A stretch of DNA of 64,000 bases, taken from positions 5,104-69,103 of the forward strand of contig JACQJG010000009.1 in the NCBI GenBank assembly GCA_016198125.1, given 5' to 3'. This DNA comes from Candidatus Iainarchaeum sp. (GTDB lineage: Archaea; Iainarchaeota; Iainarchaeia; Iainarchaeales; VGJJ01). Under the pieces are notes generated by a model. That model saw only the letters and a program-made list of their open reading frames with translations. It ran no database searches and was not told the origin of the DNA. Positions 26,360 through 35,094 of this stretch are shown in pieces. The first letter of the stretch is position 1; each line of letters begins with the position of its first letter. The translations under genes were made by a program, and so were the position numbers.

Positions 26360-26851
26360 TTGAATATTTTTGTTGCAGCTGGAACCCACCCCCAGCCTTT
26401 TGACAGGCTATTCAGGGCATTGGACGAATTGAAAGCAAAAGGCGGTTTGAAGGACGAAGTGTTTGCCCAGACCGGTCATTCAGCGTATGTGCCGAAGAGC
26501 TTTGAAAGCAAATCTCTTTTGGACTTGAACGAGTTCAACAGGCGCTTTGCATGGGCCGACCTTGTAATCACCCATGGAGGCGCTGGAAGCATCTTGACTG
26601 CCTTTGAAGCAGGAAAAAAAGTCATGGTAGTTCCACGCCAAAAAAAATTCAACGAACATACGAACGACCATCAACTCGAACTTGCACGCGTCCTCGCAGT
26701 AGAAGGAAAGGCCTTGGAAGTCGTTGACATCAAAGACCTTGAAAAGACCATTGAAAAGGCGCGCACGTTCAAGCCGGACCTGCAAACGTCCAAGCAGGGC
26801 CTTGTCAAAGCAATTCGCGAAAAGTTAAAGGAATGGGAACGGAAAAAATGA
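26360..26851 (+). CDS. Alg13-like catalytic subunit of a split GT28-type glycosyltransferase (PssE/Cps14G family)
   Basis: Contains NIFVAAGTHPQPFDRL...ADLVITHGGAGSILTAFEAGKKVMVVPR...NDHQLELA. The TTG start directly abuts the Alg14-like stop. Confidence 0.8.
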   Translation: MNIFVAAGTHPQPFDRLFRALDELKAKGGLKDEVFAQTGHSAYVPKSFESKSLLDLNEFNRRFAWADLVITHGGAGSILTAFEAGKKVMVVPRQKKFNEHTNDHQLELARVLAVEGKALEVVDIKDLEKTIEKARTFKPDLQTSKQGLVKAIREKLKEWERKK

Positions 26852-26883
26852 GAAAAAGAGTAAAGTTTTTATTGAATCACTGA

Positions 26884-27567
26884 ATGAGTCGAATAATGGA
26901 AAAACAGTACAAATACCTGGGTTTAATCACAGCGCTCTATATTACTTTTCAATTAGTATCTGATGTAACTGCAGGAAAAATTGTTCAACTTTGGATGTTC
27001 ACGGTTTCAGCAACCGTGCTTTACTTTCCATTTACCTACATATTCGCAGACGTTCTAACAGAAGTTTATGGGTATTCCCGTGCAAGACGCGTGGTCTGGA
27101 CTGTTCTCCTGTGCTCGGTCATTGCAGGCATTGTATACACTTTTGTTGTGTTATTGCCCCCGGCAATTGGGTTTGATGCGAATGACGCGTACACAAGGGT
27201 CCTTGGACAAATTCCACGCATACTGCTTGGAGGATGGATTGCGGTTTGGGTTGGAGGAATATTAAACGACTATATTCTGGCAAAGATGAAGGTGTGGACC
27301 AGGGGAAAACACCTTTGGACTCGAACGATTAGTTCTACAATTGTCGGGGAAGGGGCAAACACGGTTTTATTTTATGTCATTGCGCTTTCAGGAGTCATTC
27401 CAAACGCTTTGCTTGTCGCGTCTATTTTTTCGGGCTGGTTTCTGAAGGTTTTGGTTGAAATCGTTTTCACGCCCGTCACATACTATGTGGTGAATTGGTT
27501 GAAGAAAGCGGAAAACGAAGACTTTTACGATACGAACACCAAGTTCAATCCATTCAAAATAGAGTAA
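26884..27567 (+). CDS. yhhQ: queuosine-precursor (7-deazaguanine) transporter, YhhQ/VUT family
   Basis: Contains YKYLGLITALYITFQLVSDVTAGKIV...YFPFTYIFADVLTEVYGYSRARRVVW and six TM segments, similar throughout to the YhhQ/DUF165 family. Confidence 0.8.
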   Translation: MSRIMEKQYKYLGLITALYITFQLVSDVTAGKIVQLWMFTVSATVLYFPFTYIFADVLTEVYGYSRARRVVWTVLLCSVIAGIVYTFVVLLPPAIGFDANDAYTRVLGQIPRILLGGWIAVWVGGILNDYILAKMKVWTRGKHLWTRTISSTIVGEGANTVLFYVIALSGVIPNALLVASIFSGWFLKVLVEIVFTPVTYYVVNWLKKAENEDFYDTNTKFNPFKIE

Positions 27568-27608
27568 AAGAGTGAAAAATTAAATAGATTCCTGTCCAAG
27601 ACGTTCTC

Positions 27609-28241
27609 ATGCCAAATAAAGACAAGGCAATGACCTACACACCGGGCCGAAAAACCAGCGTGCTTGCCCGCATCATTTTAGAGAAAGAATTCAAGCGCGT
27701 CCTGGATGTAGGCTGCTCGAAAGGGTATCTTGGAGAAGAAACGCGCGCGCAAAATCCAGGCATTGAATTTGCTGGCATTGACGTTTCCAAGGAAGCGCTG
27801 GCCGAAGCAAAAAAATCAGGGTATGTGCAGACCATTCAGAAAGACCTCAATGAAGTGCCTCTTGCGTTTCCGGAATTGAAAGGCCCGTCCTTTGACTGCA
27901 TGGTTTTCGCCGACGTGCTCGAGCACACCCTTCAACCTTCGGAAGTGTTGGGCGCGTTGCTTCCGTTCCTGGAAAAAGACGGGCGCGTCTTTGTGGCATT
28001 GCCCAACGTGGCCTTTCTGCCCCTGCGCGTTAAACTTTTGCTGGGAAAATGGGATTACAAAAAGTCCGGAATTATGGACGAGTCCCATGCACGCTTTTAC
28101 AATTTAAAATCTGCGCGCGCATTGCTTGAAGAAAATGGCCTGCACACAGTTCGCATGGAGTCATTTCCCAAGCGCATTCCAAGCTGGATTTGGCCTTCCC
28201 TGTTGGCAATCACTTTTTTGTTTGAGTGCGAAAGGAAGTGA
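27609..28241 (+). CDS. class I SAM-dependent methyltransferase
   Basis: SAM motif I is VLDVGCSKGYLG and the post-I acidic residue context is FAGIDVS. Motif FADVLEH is present. Confidence 0.75.
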   Translation: MPNKDKAMTYTPGRKTSVLARIILEKEFKRVLDVGCSKGYLGEETRAQNPGIEFAGIDVSKEALAEAKKSGYVQTIQKDLNEVPLAFPELKGPSFDCMVFADVLEHTLQPSEVLGALLPFLEKDGRVFVALPNVAFLPLRVKLLLGKWDYKKSGIMDESHARFYNLKSARALLEENGLHTVRMESFPKRIPSWIWPSLLAITFLFECERK

Positions 28242-29379
28242 GCGCACGCTCATACACTTTTTCAATGCCTTCTCCCAATGCATTCAATGAATGCCTTTTT
28301 TCTGCAATGGCCCGGGCCTTTTTTTCAAGTTCAAAGCGCTTTTTTGGATGCTCCATTAAATCCAGCATAGCCTCTGCCAACGCATTTACATTATTTGGCG
28401 GAACAAGAACGGCCGCGTCTTCCACGATATTTGGAATTTCTCCGATGCGTGTGGCAATAACGGCTTTTCCGGCTGCAAGGGAGTCAATGAGAGAAGAGGA
28501 AGTGGTTGCCTCGTAAGTGAATGCGTGCACGAGGAATTGGGATGCGTTGTAGATGGATGGCGTGTCAGAATAATTCACGAGGCCCATGAAGTGCACGCTT
28601 TTTTCCAATCCAAGTTCATGCGCCAGGGCTTTCAGATACTCCAATTTGGCTCCGCCCCCGTACAATAAATAATGATAATCTGCGTGTTTGCCCAGCACTT
28701 TTTTGAATGCACGCAAAACAAGTTCAAGCGCTTGGGCGTTGGTGGCGTGCATGGGCTTCAACGATACTAAAAGGTTTGGGCCATAATTTTCAACCAGTTC
28801 TTTTTTTCCAGGACCAGGCTTGAACAATTCCAGGTCCACTGAAACCGGCAACACCATGATTTTATTTTTTTCAATGCCCCAGGGCACAAGGTAATGGTCC
28901 ACTGCATGCCGGCTCATGGAAATAAAATGGTCTGCCGGTATGCGCGGAAGCAGGGTGCGATTCAGCCAGTAAATGAGTTTGGTGTTGAGGCTGGCATTTT
29001 TTTCGCTGATGTATTCCACTCCCACCACAAGCGGAATATTCAGGGCCTTTTTTACCTTGGCGCCAACGAGTGCTGGAAAGATATCATTCTGCGCGTGCAC
29101 AAGTTTTGCGTTGAATTCTTTGGCCAAGCGGACGGCTTCGTTGGCTGTGAATACATACTCGTACTTGTGCAATGCATGATGTCCAAACGTTGGAACCATG
29201 TGCACGCGGATGTTGAATTCTTTTTCTTCCTTGGGCCAGCGCTTGCATGCAGGCGTAAATACGAGTATTTCATGACCCCTTCGGGAGAGTTCTTTGAGGA
29301 GATTGGAACAGTATACTTCTCCCCCTCCCTGGTCCCACACGTTCAGGGAATACGTGTGAGTAATGTAAAGAATGCGCAT
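28210..29379 (-). CDS. glycosyltransferase family 4
   Basis: The MRILYITHTY...GGGEVY N-terminus and a C-terminal E-x7-E-like region (EATTSSSLIDSLAAGKAVIATRIGEIP) are typical of GT4 (GT-B fold). Confidence 0.8.
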   Translation of the reverse strand: MRILYITHTYSLNVWDQGGGEVYCSNLLKELSRRGHEILVFTPACKRWPKEEKEFNIRVHMVPTFGHHALHKYEYVFTANEAVRLAKEFNAKLVHAQNDIFPALVGAKVKKALNIPLVVGVEYISEKNASLNTKLIYWLNRTLLPRIPADHFISMSRHAVDHYLVPWGIEKNKIMVLPVSVDLELFKPGPGKKELVENYGPNLLVSLKPMHATNAQALELVLRAFKKVLGKHADYHYLLYGGGAKLEYLKALAHELGLEKSVHFMGLVNYSDTPSIYNASQFLVHAFTYEATTSSSLIDSLAAGKAVIATRIGEIPNIVEDAAVLVPPNNVNALAEAMLDLMEHPKKRFELEKKARAIAEKRHSLNALGEGIEKVYERALTSFRTQTKK

Positions 29380-29428
29380 ACCCGCACCAATGCAAATATT
29401 ATTAAGCGTGATTTAATAGGCTACTGGT

Positions 29429-30334
29429 ATGAAGGCAAAACGCACGCGAAGTACAGGGCAACGCGTAAAGGCCAGCATTGTTGTTGCAACAAAAAACCGG
29501 TTGCCCTTGCTGCAAAAAGGCCTTAACGCCATTCTTTCATTGAACGGCCCTTCGTGTGAAGTCCTTGTAATTGATGACGGGAGTTCTGATGAAACGTGGA
29601 ATTACTTGCAGGAGCAGGCCAGAAATCACCCCAACCTGAAGATACTGCAAAACACTTCTTCGCAAGGCCCGGCAGTGGCCCGCAACAAAGGCCTTCAACA
29701 CGCCAAAGGAGAAATTGCAATCATCATGGACGATGACTGCATTCCGTCCAAGGAATGGCTGGTACAATTAGTAGAACCTTTTGATCAAAACAAAAAGATT
29801 GCAGTCACGAGTTCTTTTGGTTATTATGGAGGCACGAGCACGGCGTACAGAATGGATGTTTTCCGCAAAATAGGATTCTTTGATGAAGCGTTTCCTGCAA
29901 ACTACCGGGAGGACACGGACACTATTTTCAAAATATTAGATGCAGGTTTTGAAGTCAAAGTCGTCAAAGCCCCGTTCGAGCACATTCACCCACCCCCAAA
30001 AGGAAAATGGAACCGAATTTCGTACATTGTCAGGCGCGTGTGGATTCACCGCTTTGACCCCCTTTTGTACAAAAAGCACCCTTCACGGGGCAAGGAATTT
30101 TTTGACGTGAAATGGGGCTTCATCCGAAATCCATTGCAGGACTTCAAGGCTGCCACAGGCCTTTGGTGGAGCAGGAAAAACTTTGTTTTGAGTTCGCCCC
30201 AGGGAATTAAATTCCTTGAAAACAAGAGCCCTGTACATGCACTCCTCATTGTACTTGCAGGAATCGCTTACATGTGGCTTGTAAAAGTGCCAAGATTGTA
30301 TGGAAGCTTTGTATATGGAAAGCTTTTACTGTAG
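29429..30334 (+). CDS. glycosyltransferase family 2
   Basis: Contains SIVVATKNRLPLL...VLVIDDGSSDET...IIMDDDC (DxD), the GT-A fold pattern. Confidence 0.8.
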   Translation: MKAKRTRSTGQRVKASIVVATKNRLPLLQKGLNAILSLNGPSCEVLVIDDGSSDETWNYLQEQARNHPNLKILQNTSSQGPAVARNKGLQHAKGEIAIIMDDDCIPSKEWLVQLVEPFDQNKKIAVTSSFGYYGGTSTAYRMDVFRKIGFFDEAFPANYREDTDTIFKILDAGFEVKVVKAPFEHIHPPPKGKWNRISYIVRRVWIHRFDPLLYKKHPSRGKEFFDVKWGFIRNPLQDFKAATGLWWSRKNFVLSSPQGIKFLENKSPVHALLIVLAGIAYMWLVKVPRLYGSFVYGKLLL

Positions 30335-30347
30335 AGTGTGAACGTGC

Positions 30348-31118
30348 ATGATTCAGCCCAAGCCTGTTGACCCGGCTATTTACTCGGAACAGTATTTCAC
30401 TGCCATGTGCGACGGGTTCAATTCCTTTGAACGAAGGGAATTGCTTGAACGGTTTAAAAAAGCCCTGCGCCTGGCAGGCCTGCAAAAAGGCCAACGCGTG
30501 TTGGACCTTGGATGCGGCAGGGGGGAATTGGTGCACGCGTGCAATGACCAAAGCAGTATTGCCGTGGGATCGGATTATGCGCCCCCTGCATTGAAATTGG
30601 CCCAAAAATTGAAGGGCGCAAAAAACCGCGTAGTGCAGGCCAATGCAAGAAAGCTGCCCTTCAAATCCAATTCATTTGACATTGTGTTCTTCCTTGAAAC
30701 GTATGAGCACCTGCATGACTGGGAGATCAGGGAAACTCTTAGTGAAGTGCGCCGCGTGCTAAAAGAGGGGGGCCGTTTGATCGTGAGCACTTCTCCCAAC
30801 GCCTGGCTGGCCAAGCCCTTGTATGGAGTGGCAGGGCTTTTTGGGATAAAGCGGGGCATTAACGAACGCGTGCACGTGAACGAGCAAAGCAGGGAAAGCC
30901 TGCATGGAACGCTCACGCGCAACGGATTTGATGCCCGGGTAGAGTTAGAGTACCAGCCGGAATGGTTTGAGGCTGCGCTTGGAGGAAAGGGGTTTAAATC
31001 GCTTGCACGCGTATTTATTGGAGTGACAAAAAGCCGTCCAATTAAATTTCTTGCCACTCACACGCCTGCGGGCTTGTTTTTATGCACGCATGTGTGGGCG
31101 CGGGCTGTAAAAAAATAA
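30348..31118 (+). CDS. class I SAM-dependent methyltransferase
   Basis: Contains VLDLGCGRGELV and FDIVFFLETYEHL. Confidence 0.75.
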   Translation: MIQPKPVDPAIYSEQYFTAMCDGFNSFERRELLERFKKALRLAGLQKGQRVLDLGCGRGELVHACNDQSSIAVGSDYAPPALKLAQKLKGAKNRVVQANARKLPFKSNSFDIVFFLETYEHLHDWEIRETLSEVRRVLKEGGRLIVSTSPNAWLAKPLYGVAGLFGIKRGINERVHVNEQSRESLHGTLTRNGFDARVELEYQPEWFEAALGGKGFKSLARVFIGVTKSRPIKFLATHTPAGLFLCTHVWARAVKK

Positions 31119-31140
31119 TGAAAGGTCATGGTTGAATGGT

Positions 31141-31590
31141 ATGGGCATTCCAAAAACAGGGGTTTCAAAGAAAGGCTTGGCCATGCATTACTCGGTGGGA
31201 GCGCTTATAAGGAAAGGTGCGCGGTACCTTCTTATTGACAGGGTAAAACCGCCTTACGGGTATGCCGGCATTGCAGGACACGTGGACGAAGGCGAAACGC
31301 CTGAACAGGCATTGGTGCGCGAGACAAAAGAAGAAAGCGGGCTTGAAGTAAGAAAATTCAACCTTCTTTACGATGAAGAACTTGATTGGAATTACTGCAG
31401 TAAAGGCATAACCGCGCACCAGTGGTATTTTTATGAGTGCAAAACAGAAGGAAAAGTGAGGCGGGATTCCAAGGAAGCAAAACAGATCGGATGGTTTGCT
31501 AAAAAGGAACTGGAAAATCTTGCACTTGAACCTGTTTGGACGTACTGGTTTCAAAAGCAAGGGCTGATAAAAAAAAGAACAAGGGGTTGA
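31141..31590 (+). CDS. NUDIX hydrolase
   Basis: Nudix box GHVDEGETPEQALVRETKEESGL (G-x5-E-x7-REUxEExGU). The start is uncertain (TTG 31132, ATG 31141 or ATG 31183). Confidence 0.8.
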   Translation: MGIPKTGVSKKGLAMHYSVGALIRKGARYLLIDRVKPPYGYAGIAGHVDEGETPEQALVRETKEESGLEVRKFNLLYDEELDWNYCSKGITAHQWYFYECKTEGKVRRDSKEAKQIGWFAKKELENLALEPVWTYWFQKQGLIKKRTRG

Positions 31591-31591
31591 C

Positions 31592-32557
31592 ATGACTTAC
31601 ATCATTGAGGAAATTTTGGACACCACAAAATATGTGGTGGATAACGCCAAGCACGTTTCGATCAATGAACATAAACTCAATGACTTTTCAAAGGGGTTTA
31701 AACCGCACCAAGTAGACCATTGGATTTCTGCTGCTCCCTATAACTTGAATGGTTTGAACCCTGAACAGCGCTTTAACTTTTTGCTTCTTTTAAACTCCAT
31801 TAACTTTTCCTACTGGGGCGAACCCAAGTGGAGCATTCAATACAACAACCAATACTTTGACGGGGCTTTTGGCATGATTGCAGCCCTTGGAAAAGCCGTG
31901 GATGCTCGCATCCCAGTCTTAGATTTTTCTTATCTCGCCAAAATGAAAGAAGCAGAGTTTTCCAGCATCCTGGAAGGGAATACGCAGATTCCCTTGTTCG
32001 GGGAACGATTAACTATTGTTAGGTCACTGGGAGAAATCGTATCAAAAAAATTTCAGAACAACGCCACTGTCCTGCTTAAAGAAGCACAAGGCGATACAGG
32101 AGAGCTATTGGAGGTTCTAATCTCTCATTTTCCCTTTTTTCAGGACACCGAAATGTATAATGGAAGAAAAGTTCATTTTTACAAACGCGCGCAGTTGTTT
32201 ATTGGAGACGTTTACCAGGCTTTCAGTGAAGAAAAATGGGGGAGATTGAAGAACATTCACACGCTTACGGCATGCGCGGATTACAAAATCCCCCAAGTAC
32301 TCAGGCAGCTCGGCATATTGGAATATTCAGAGGAACTTACAAAAAAAGTGGATGCAAAAATCCAACTGCCAAAAGGCAGCCCTGAAGAGGTGGAAATCCG
32401 CGCACATACCATTTGGGCGGTTGAGAAAATAAGACAAGCGCTAAAAAAGAAGATGGATATCGACGCTATTCAGGTGGACCACTACTTATGGTTGCTGGGC
32501 CAGGACAAGAAAGGGTTGACCCGTCCCTATCATCGTACGAGGACCACCGCATATTAG
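31592..32557 (+). CDS. queuosine salvage protein, Qng1/DUF2419 family (queuosine 5-prime-phosphate N-glycosylase-like)
   Basis: Blocks NSINFSYW, GRKVHFYKRAQLFIGDVY, ACADYKIPQVLRQLGILEYSEEL, EVEIRAHTIWAVEKIR, VDHYLW and PYHRTRTTAY match, as I recall them, the conserved blocks of eukaryotic Qng1 (C9orf64). Confidence 0.8.
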   Translation: MTYIIEEILDTTKYVVDNAKHVSINEHKLNDFSKGFKPHQVDHWISAAPYNLNGLNPEQRFNFLLLLNSINFSYWGEPKWSIQYNNQYFDGAFGMIAALGKAVDARIPVLDFSYLAKMKEAEFSSILEGNTQIPLFGERLTIVRSLGEIVSKKFQNNATVLLKEAQGDTGELLEVLISHFPFFQDTEMYNGRKVHFYKRAQLFIGDVYQAFSEEKWGRLKNIHTLTACADYKIPQVLRQLGILEYSEELTKKVDAKIQLPKGSPEEVEIRAHTIWAVEKIRQALKKKMDIDAIQVDHYLWLLGQDKKGLTRPYHRTRTTAY

Positions 32558-32569
32558 AGGGAATTTAAA

Positions 32570-33469
32570 ATGGTTTCACCTGCTGGAAAAACCGAGCGTT
32601 CTTTTTTTTCTTCTCGGAAGGAAATGGCTGCGTTCAACGAAAAGCGTTTCTCGGACGACTGCGATGAGTGCTGGGCATTTGGATGGGATTGGAAGACGCA
32701 AGAAAAAGTGCACCAGATTTTGAAGTTATTACAGCCAAAACCAGGGGAAAGGGTATTGGACTTGGGGTGCGGGGGCGGAGTGTATGCCGGCAAGGTTTTT
32801 GAGGCAAGCAAGGCAATGATTTTTGGCAGTGATATTGCATGGAGTGCAACAAGAATTGCAAAGACCAATCATTCCTCGGAATTGAATTGGATTAACGCGT
32901 TTGGAGACCAACTGCCGTTCAGGAATGAATCTTTTGACAAGGTGTATGCCATTGAAGTGTTCGAGCATTTGGCTGAGCCTGAGAAGGTCATTGCAGAGAT
33001 TGCACGCATTGTAAAAAAAGGAGGCAGGGCGCTCCTCAGCAACCCTGTTTATCCTGCGCTTCCAGCGCCATGGTATCAAGTGGAAGACCCTCAAGTGCAT
33101 GGGCACATTAACTTCATGAGTGTTGCACAGTACAGGCGCGAGTTTGAAAAACACGGAATGCACGTGATTGGTGTGCGCGGGTATGGAACCATGCAGTCCC
33201 TGGTGGAAGCCCATGGAAAGGCCATTCATTTTTTCACATCTTTTTTTAGAGGAAAGAAAAATACTGCAAAAAAAAAGAGTCCATCAAACAGCCCGGTGCC
33301 CAGTGACTTGGGGCCTGCCTCACCAGCCGCCCCTACAGAGCTAAAACAATCTTTCCCAAAAAAGGCCATCAACGCGTATTATCGCGCCTTGTACAAGTTA
33401 GACTTTTCTCTGCTTGGAGGCCTGCCCATGCAGGACTCCGCATTCATGGTGTTTGAGAAGAGCAAATGA
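32570..33469 (+). CDS. class I SAM-dependent methyltransferase with low-complexity C-terminal segment
   Basis: Contains VLDLGCGGGVYA and FDKVYAIEVFEHL. Confidence 0.75.
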   Translation: MVSPAGKTERSFFSSRKEMAAFNEKRFSDDCDECWAFGWDWKTQEKVHQILKLLQPKPGERVLDLGCGGGVYAGKVFEASKAMIFGSDIAWSATRIAKTNHSSELNWINAFGDQLPFRNESFDKVYAIEVFEHLAEPEKVIAEIARIVKKGGRALLSNPVYPALPAPWYQVEDPQVHGHINFMSVAQYRREFEKHGMHVIGVRGYGTMQSLVEAHGKAIHFFTSFFRGKKNTAKKKSPSNSPVPSDLGPASPAAPTELKQSFPKKAINAYYRALYKLDFSLLGGLPMQDSAFMVFEKSK

Positions 33470-33478
33470 GGCTATCGA

Positions 33479-33525
33479 CCCTTGTACCAACCCTTTCATG
33501 GTCGTACAAGGTATGCTTTTATAGG
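33479..33525 (+). promoter_or_regulatory. GTAC-centred inverted repeat (CCTTGTAC ... GTACAAGG) plus TATA-like box upstream of the rSAM-GT operon
   Basis: CCTTGTAC at 33480-33487 and its exact reverse complement at 33504-33511, 16 nt apart. TATA-like CTTTTATAGG at 33516-33525. ATG at 33581. It could also act as the terminator hairpin of the upstream operon. Confidence 0.45.
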
Positions 33526-33580
33526 TGCGCGTGCCAGAATTGTTAAACCGTAACAGGCGTGGTTTTCAAAGGGATTGGGC

Positions 33581-35053
33581 ATGAAAGTATTGTTTTTGAA
33601 TCCGCCGTTTTTGCCGCGTTATTCCAGGCAAAGCCGCAGTCCATGTGTTACAAAGAGCAACACCCTGTATTACCCATATTATTTGGCGTACGCCGCTGGA
33701 TGGACGGAAAAGCACGGTTTTAACGTAAAGCTCGCAGATGCGGTGGCCAATGAATGGTCGCGCACAGAAACAGTTGAGTTTGTTAAAAGGGAAAAGCCAG
33801 AACTTACAGTCATGGACACTTCTACTCCAAGCATTGTAAACGATGTTCAAGTGGCCGAGGCCATCAAAAAGGAAGTGCCTGAAACAAAAATAATGTTGGC
33901 TGGAACGTTTCCCACCAACATGAGTGAGTACACGCTGAACATGAGCAAGGCCGTTGACTCTGTTGCTGTTGGAGAGTATGATAACACTGCATTGTTTTTG
34001 GCCCGGGCATTGGAAGACCACAAGCCTTTAGAGGAAGTTCCGGGCATTGCCTTCAAACGCGAAGACAAACTGGTAAAGGGACCGCCTGCAAAATTATTGG
34101 AAAACCTGGACGAGTTGCCGTGGGCCTCGCAGATTTACTTGAAACACTTTGGCAGGAAAGGAATTGAAAAATACTTTTATGCAAGCACCACGTGGCCTGA
34201 GATGATGATTTTGACTGCAAGGGGTTGTCCCTGGAATTGCACGTTTTGCAATATTCCCATGAAAAAATCGTACAGGCCACGAAGCACGCAGAATGTAATT
34301 GAAGAAATGCAGTTCATTCAAAGTGAAATGCCCTGGGTGAATGAAATCATGTTCGAAGATGACACGTTTGCCGCTGTACGTAAACGCACGCTTGAATTGT
34401 GCGATGCATTCATTCAAAACAGGATCCAGTTGAAGTGGAGCTGCAATGGACGCGTTACAACAGAAAACGAAGTGCTTCAAAAAATGAAGGCTGCCGGGTG
34501 CAGGCTCGTTTGCGTGGGCTTTGAAAGCGCTACGCAGGAAGTGTTGAACAACATTGAAAAAATGGTTCCCTTGCGCCGGCAGTTTGAGTTCATGGAAGAC
34601 GCGCGCAAAACCGGGCTGAAAATCAATGGGTGCTTTATCTTCGGCTTGCCCGGAGACACGCCTGAGACCATGAAGAAGACCATTGAGATGGCCAAAGAGT
34701 TAAACCCAAACAGCGCGCAATTTTATCCTTTAATGGTGTACCCTGGAAACGAAGCATACCGCTGGGCCCAACGCAATGGCCTGTTGGCCACGGAAGACTA
34801 TTCCAAATGGGTAACCCCGGAAGGACTGCATACTACAACCGTTTCAAGGCCTGGCTTGCCGGCTGATGAAGTGGTCAGGTGGTGCAACCGCGCACGGCTG
34901 GAGTTTTACACGAATCCAAAGTTCTTAAAGAAAATGGCCGTGCAGGCTGCCGCCAATCCTGTTGAAGCCGTGCGCATGGCCAAAGCGTCCAAAGTGCTGT
35001 TCAAACACCTGGCGGATTATGCCACGCGCAAAGACGCCGTTGCAAAAGGATAA
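33581..35053 (+). CDS. cobalamin(B12)-binding-domain radical SAM enzyme (paralog 1, NPP-type N-terminus)
   Basis: MKVLFLNPPFLPRYSRQSRSP N-terminal domain, radical SAM cluster motif TARGCPWNCTFCN, and VGFESATQEVLNNIEK. The track start at 33575 is TTG; the ATG is at 33581. Confidence 0.85.
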   Translation: MKVLFLNPPFLPRYSRQSRSPCVTKSNTLYYPYYLAYAAGWTEKHGFNVKLADAVANEWSRTETVEFVKREKPELTVMDTSTPSIVNDVQVAEAIKKEVPETKIMLAGTFPTNMSEYTLNMSKAVDSVAVGEYDNTALFLARALEDHKPLEEVPGIAFKREDKLVKGPPAKLLENLDELPWASQIYLKHFGRKGIEKYFYASTTWPEMMILTARGCPWNCTFCNIPMKKSYRPRSTQNVIEEMQFIQSEMPWVNEIMFEDDTFAAVRKRTLELCDAFIQNRIQLKWSCNGRVTTENEVLQKMKAAGCRLVCVGFESATQEVLNNIEKMVPLRRQFEFMEDARKTGLKINGCFIFGLPGDTPETMKKTIEMAKELNPNSAQFYPLMVYPGNEAYRWAQRNGLLATEDYSKWVTPEGLHTTTVSRPGLPADEVVRWCNRARLEFYTNPKFLKKMAVQAAANPVEAVRMAKASKVLFKHLADYATRKDAVAKG

Positions 35054-35094
35054 GGCTTGCCACTGTTGAAATTTTAGAGTACGGAAAGGGTTGA

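Noticed and set aside
30062-30076. A near-palindrome CTTTTGTACAAAAAG resembling the promoter motif, inside the GT2 gene.
   Set aside because: It lies in coding sequence (Leu-Leu-Tyr-Lys-Lys) with no TATA box nearby, so it may be coincidental. Other coding CCTTGTAC occurrences (33388, 38013, 50123, 10588) were likewise not called as sites.
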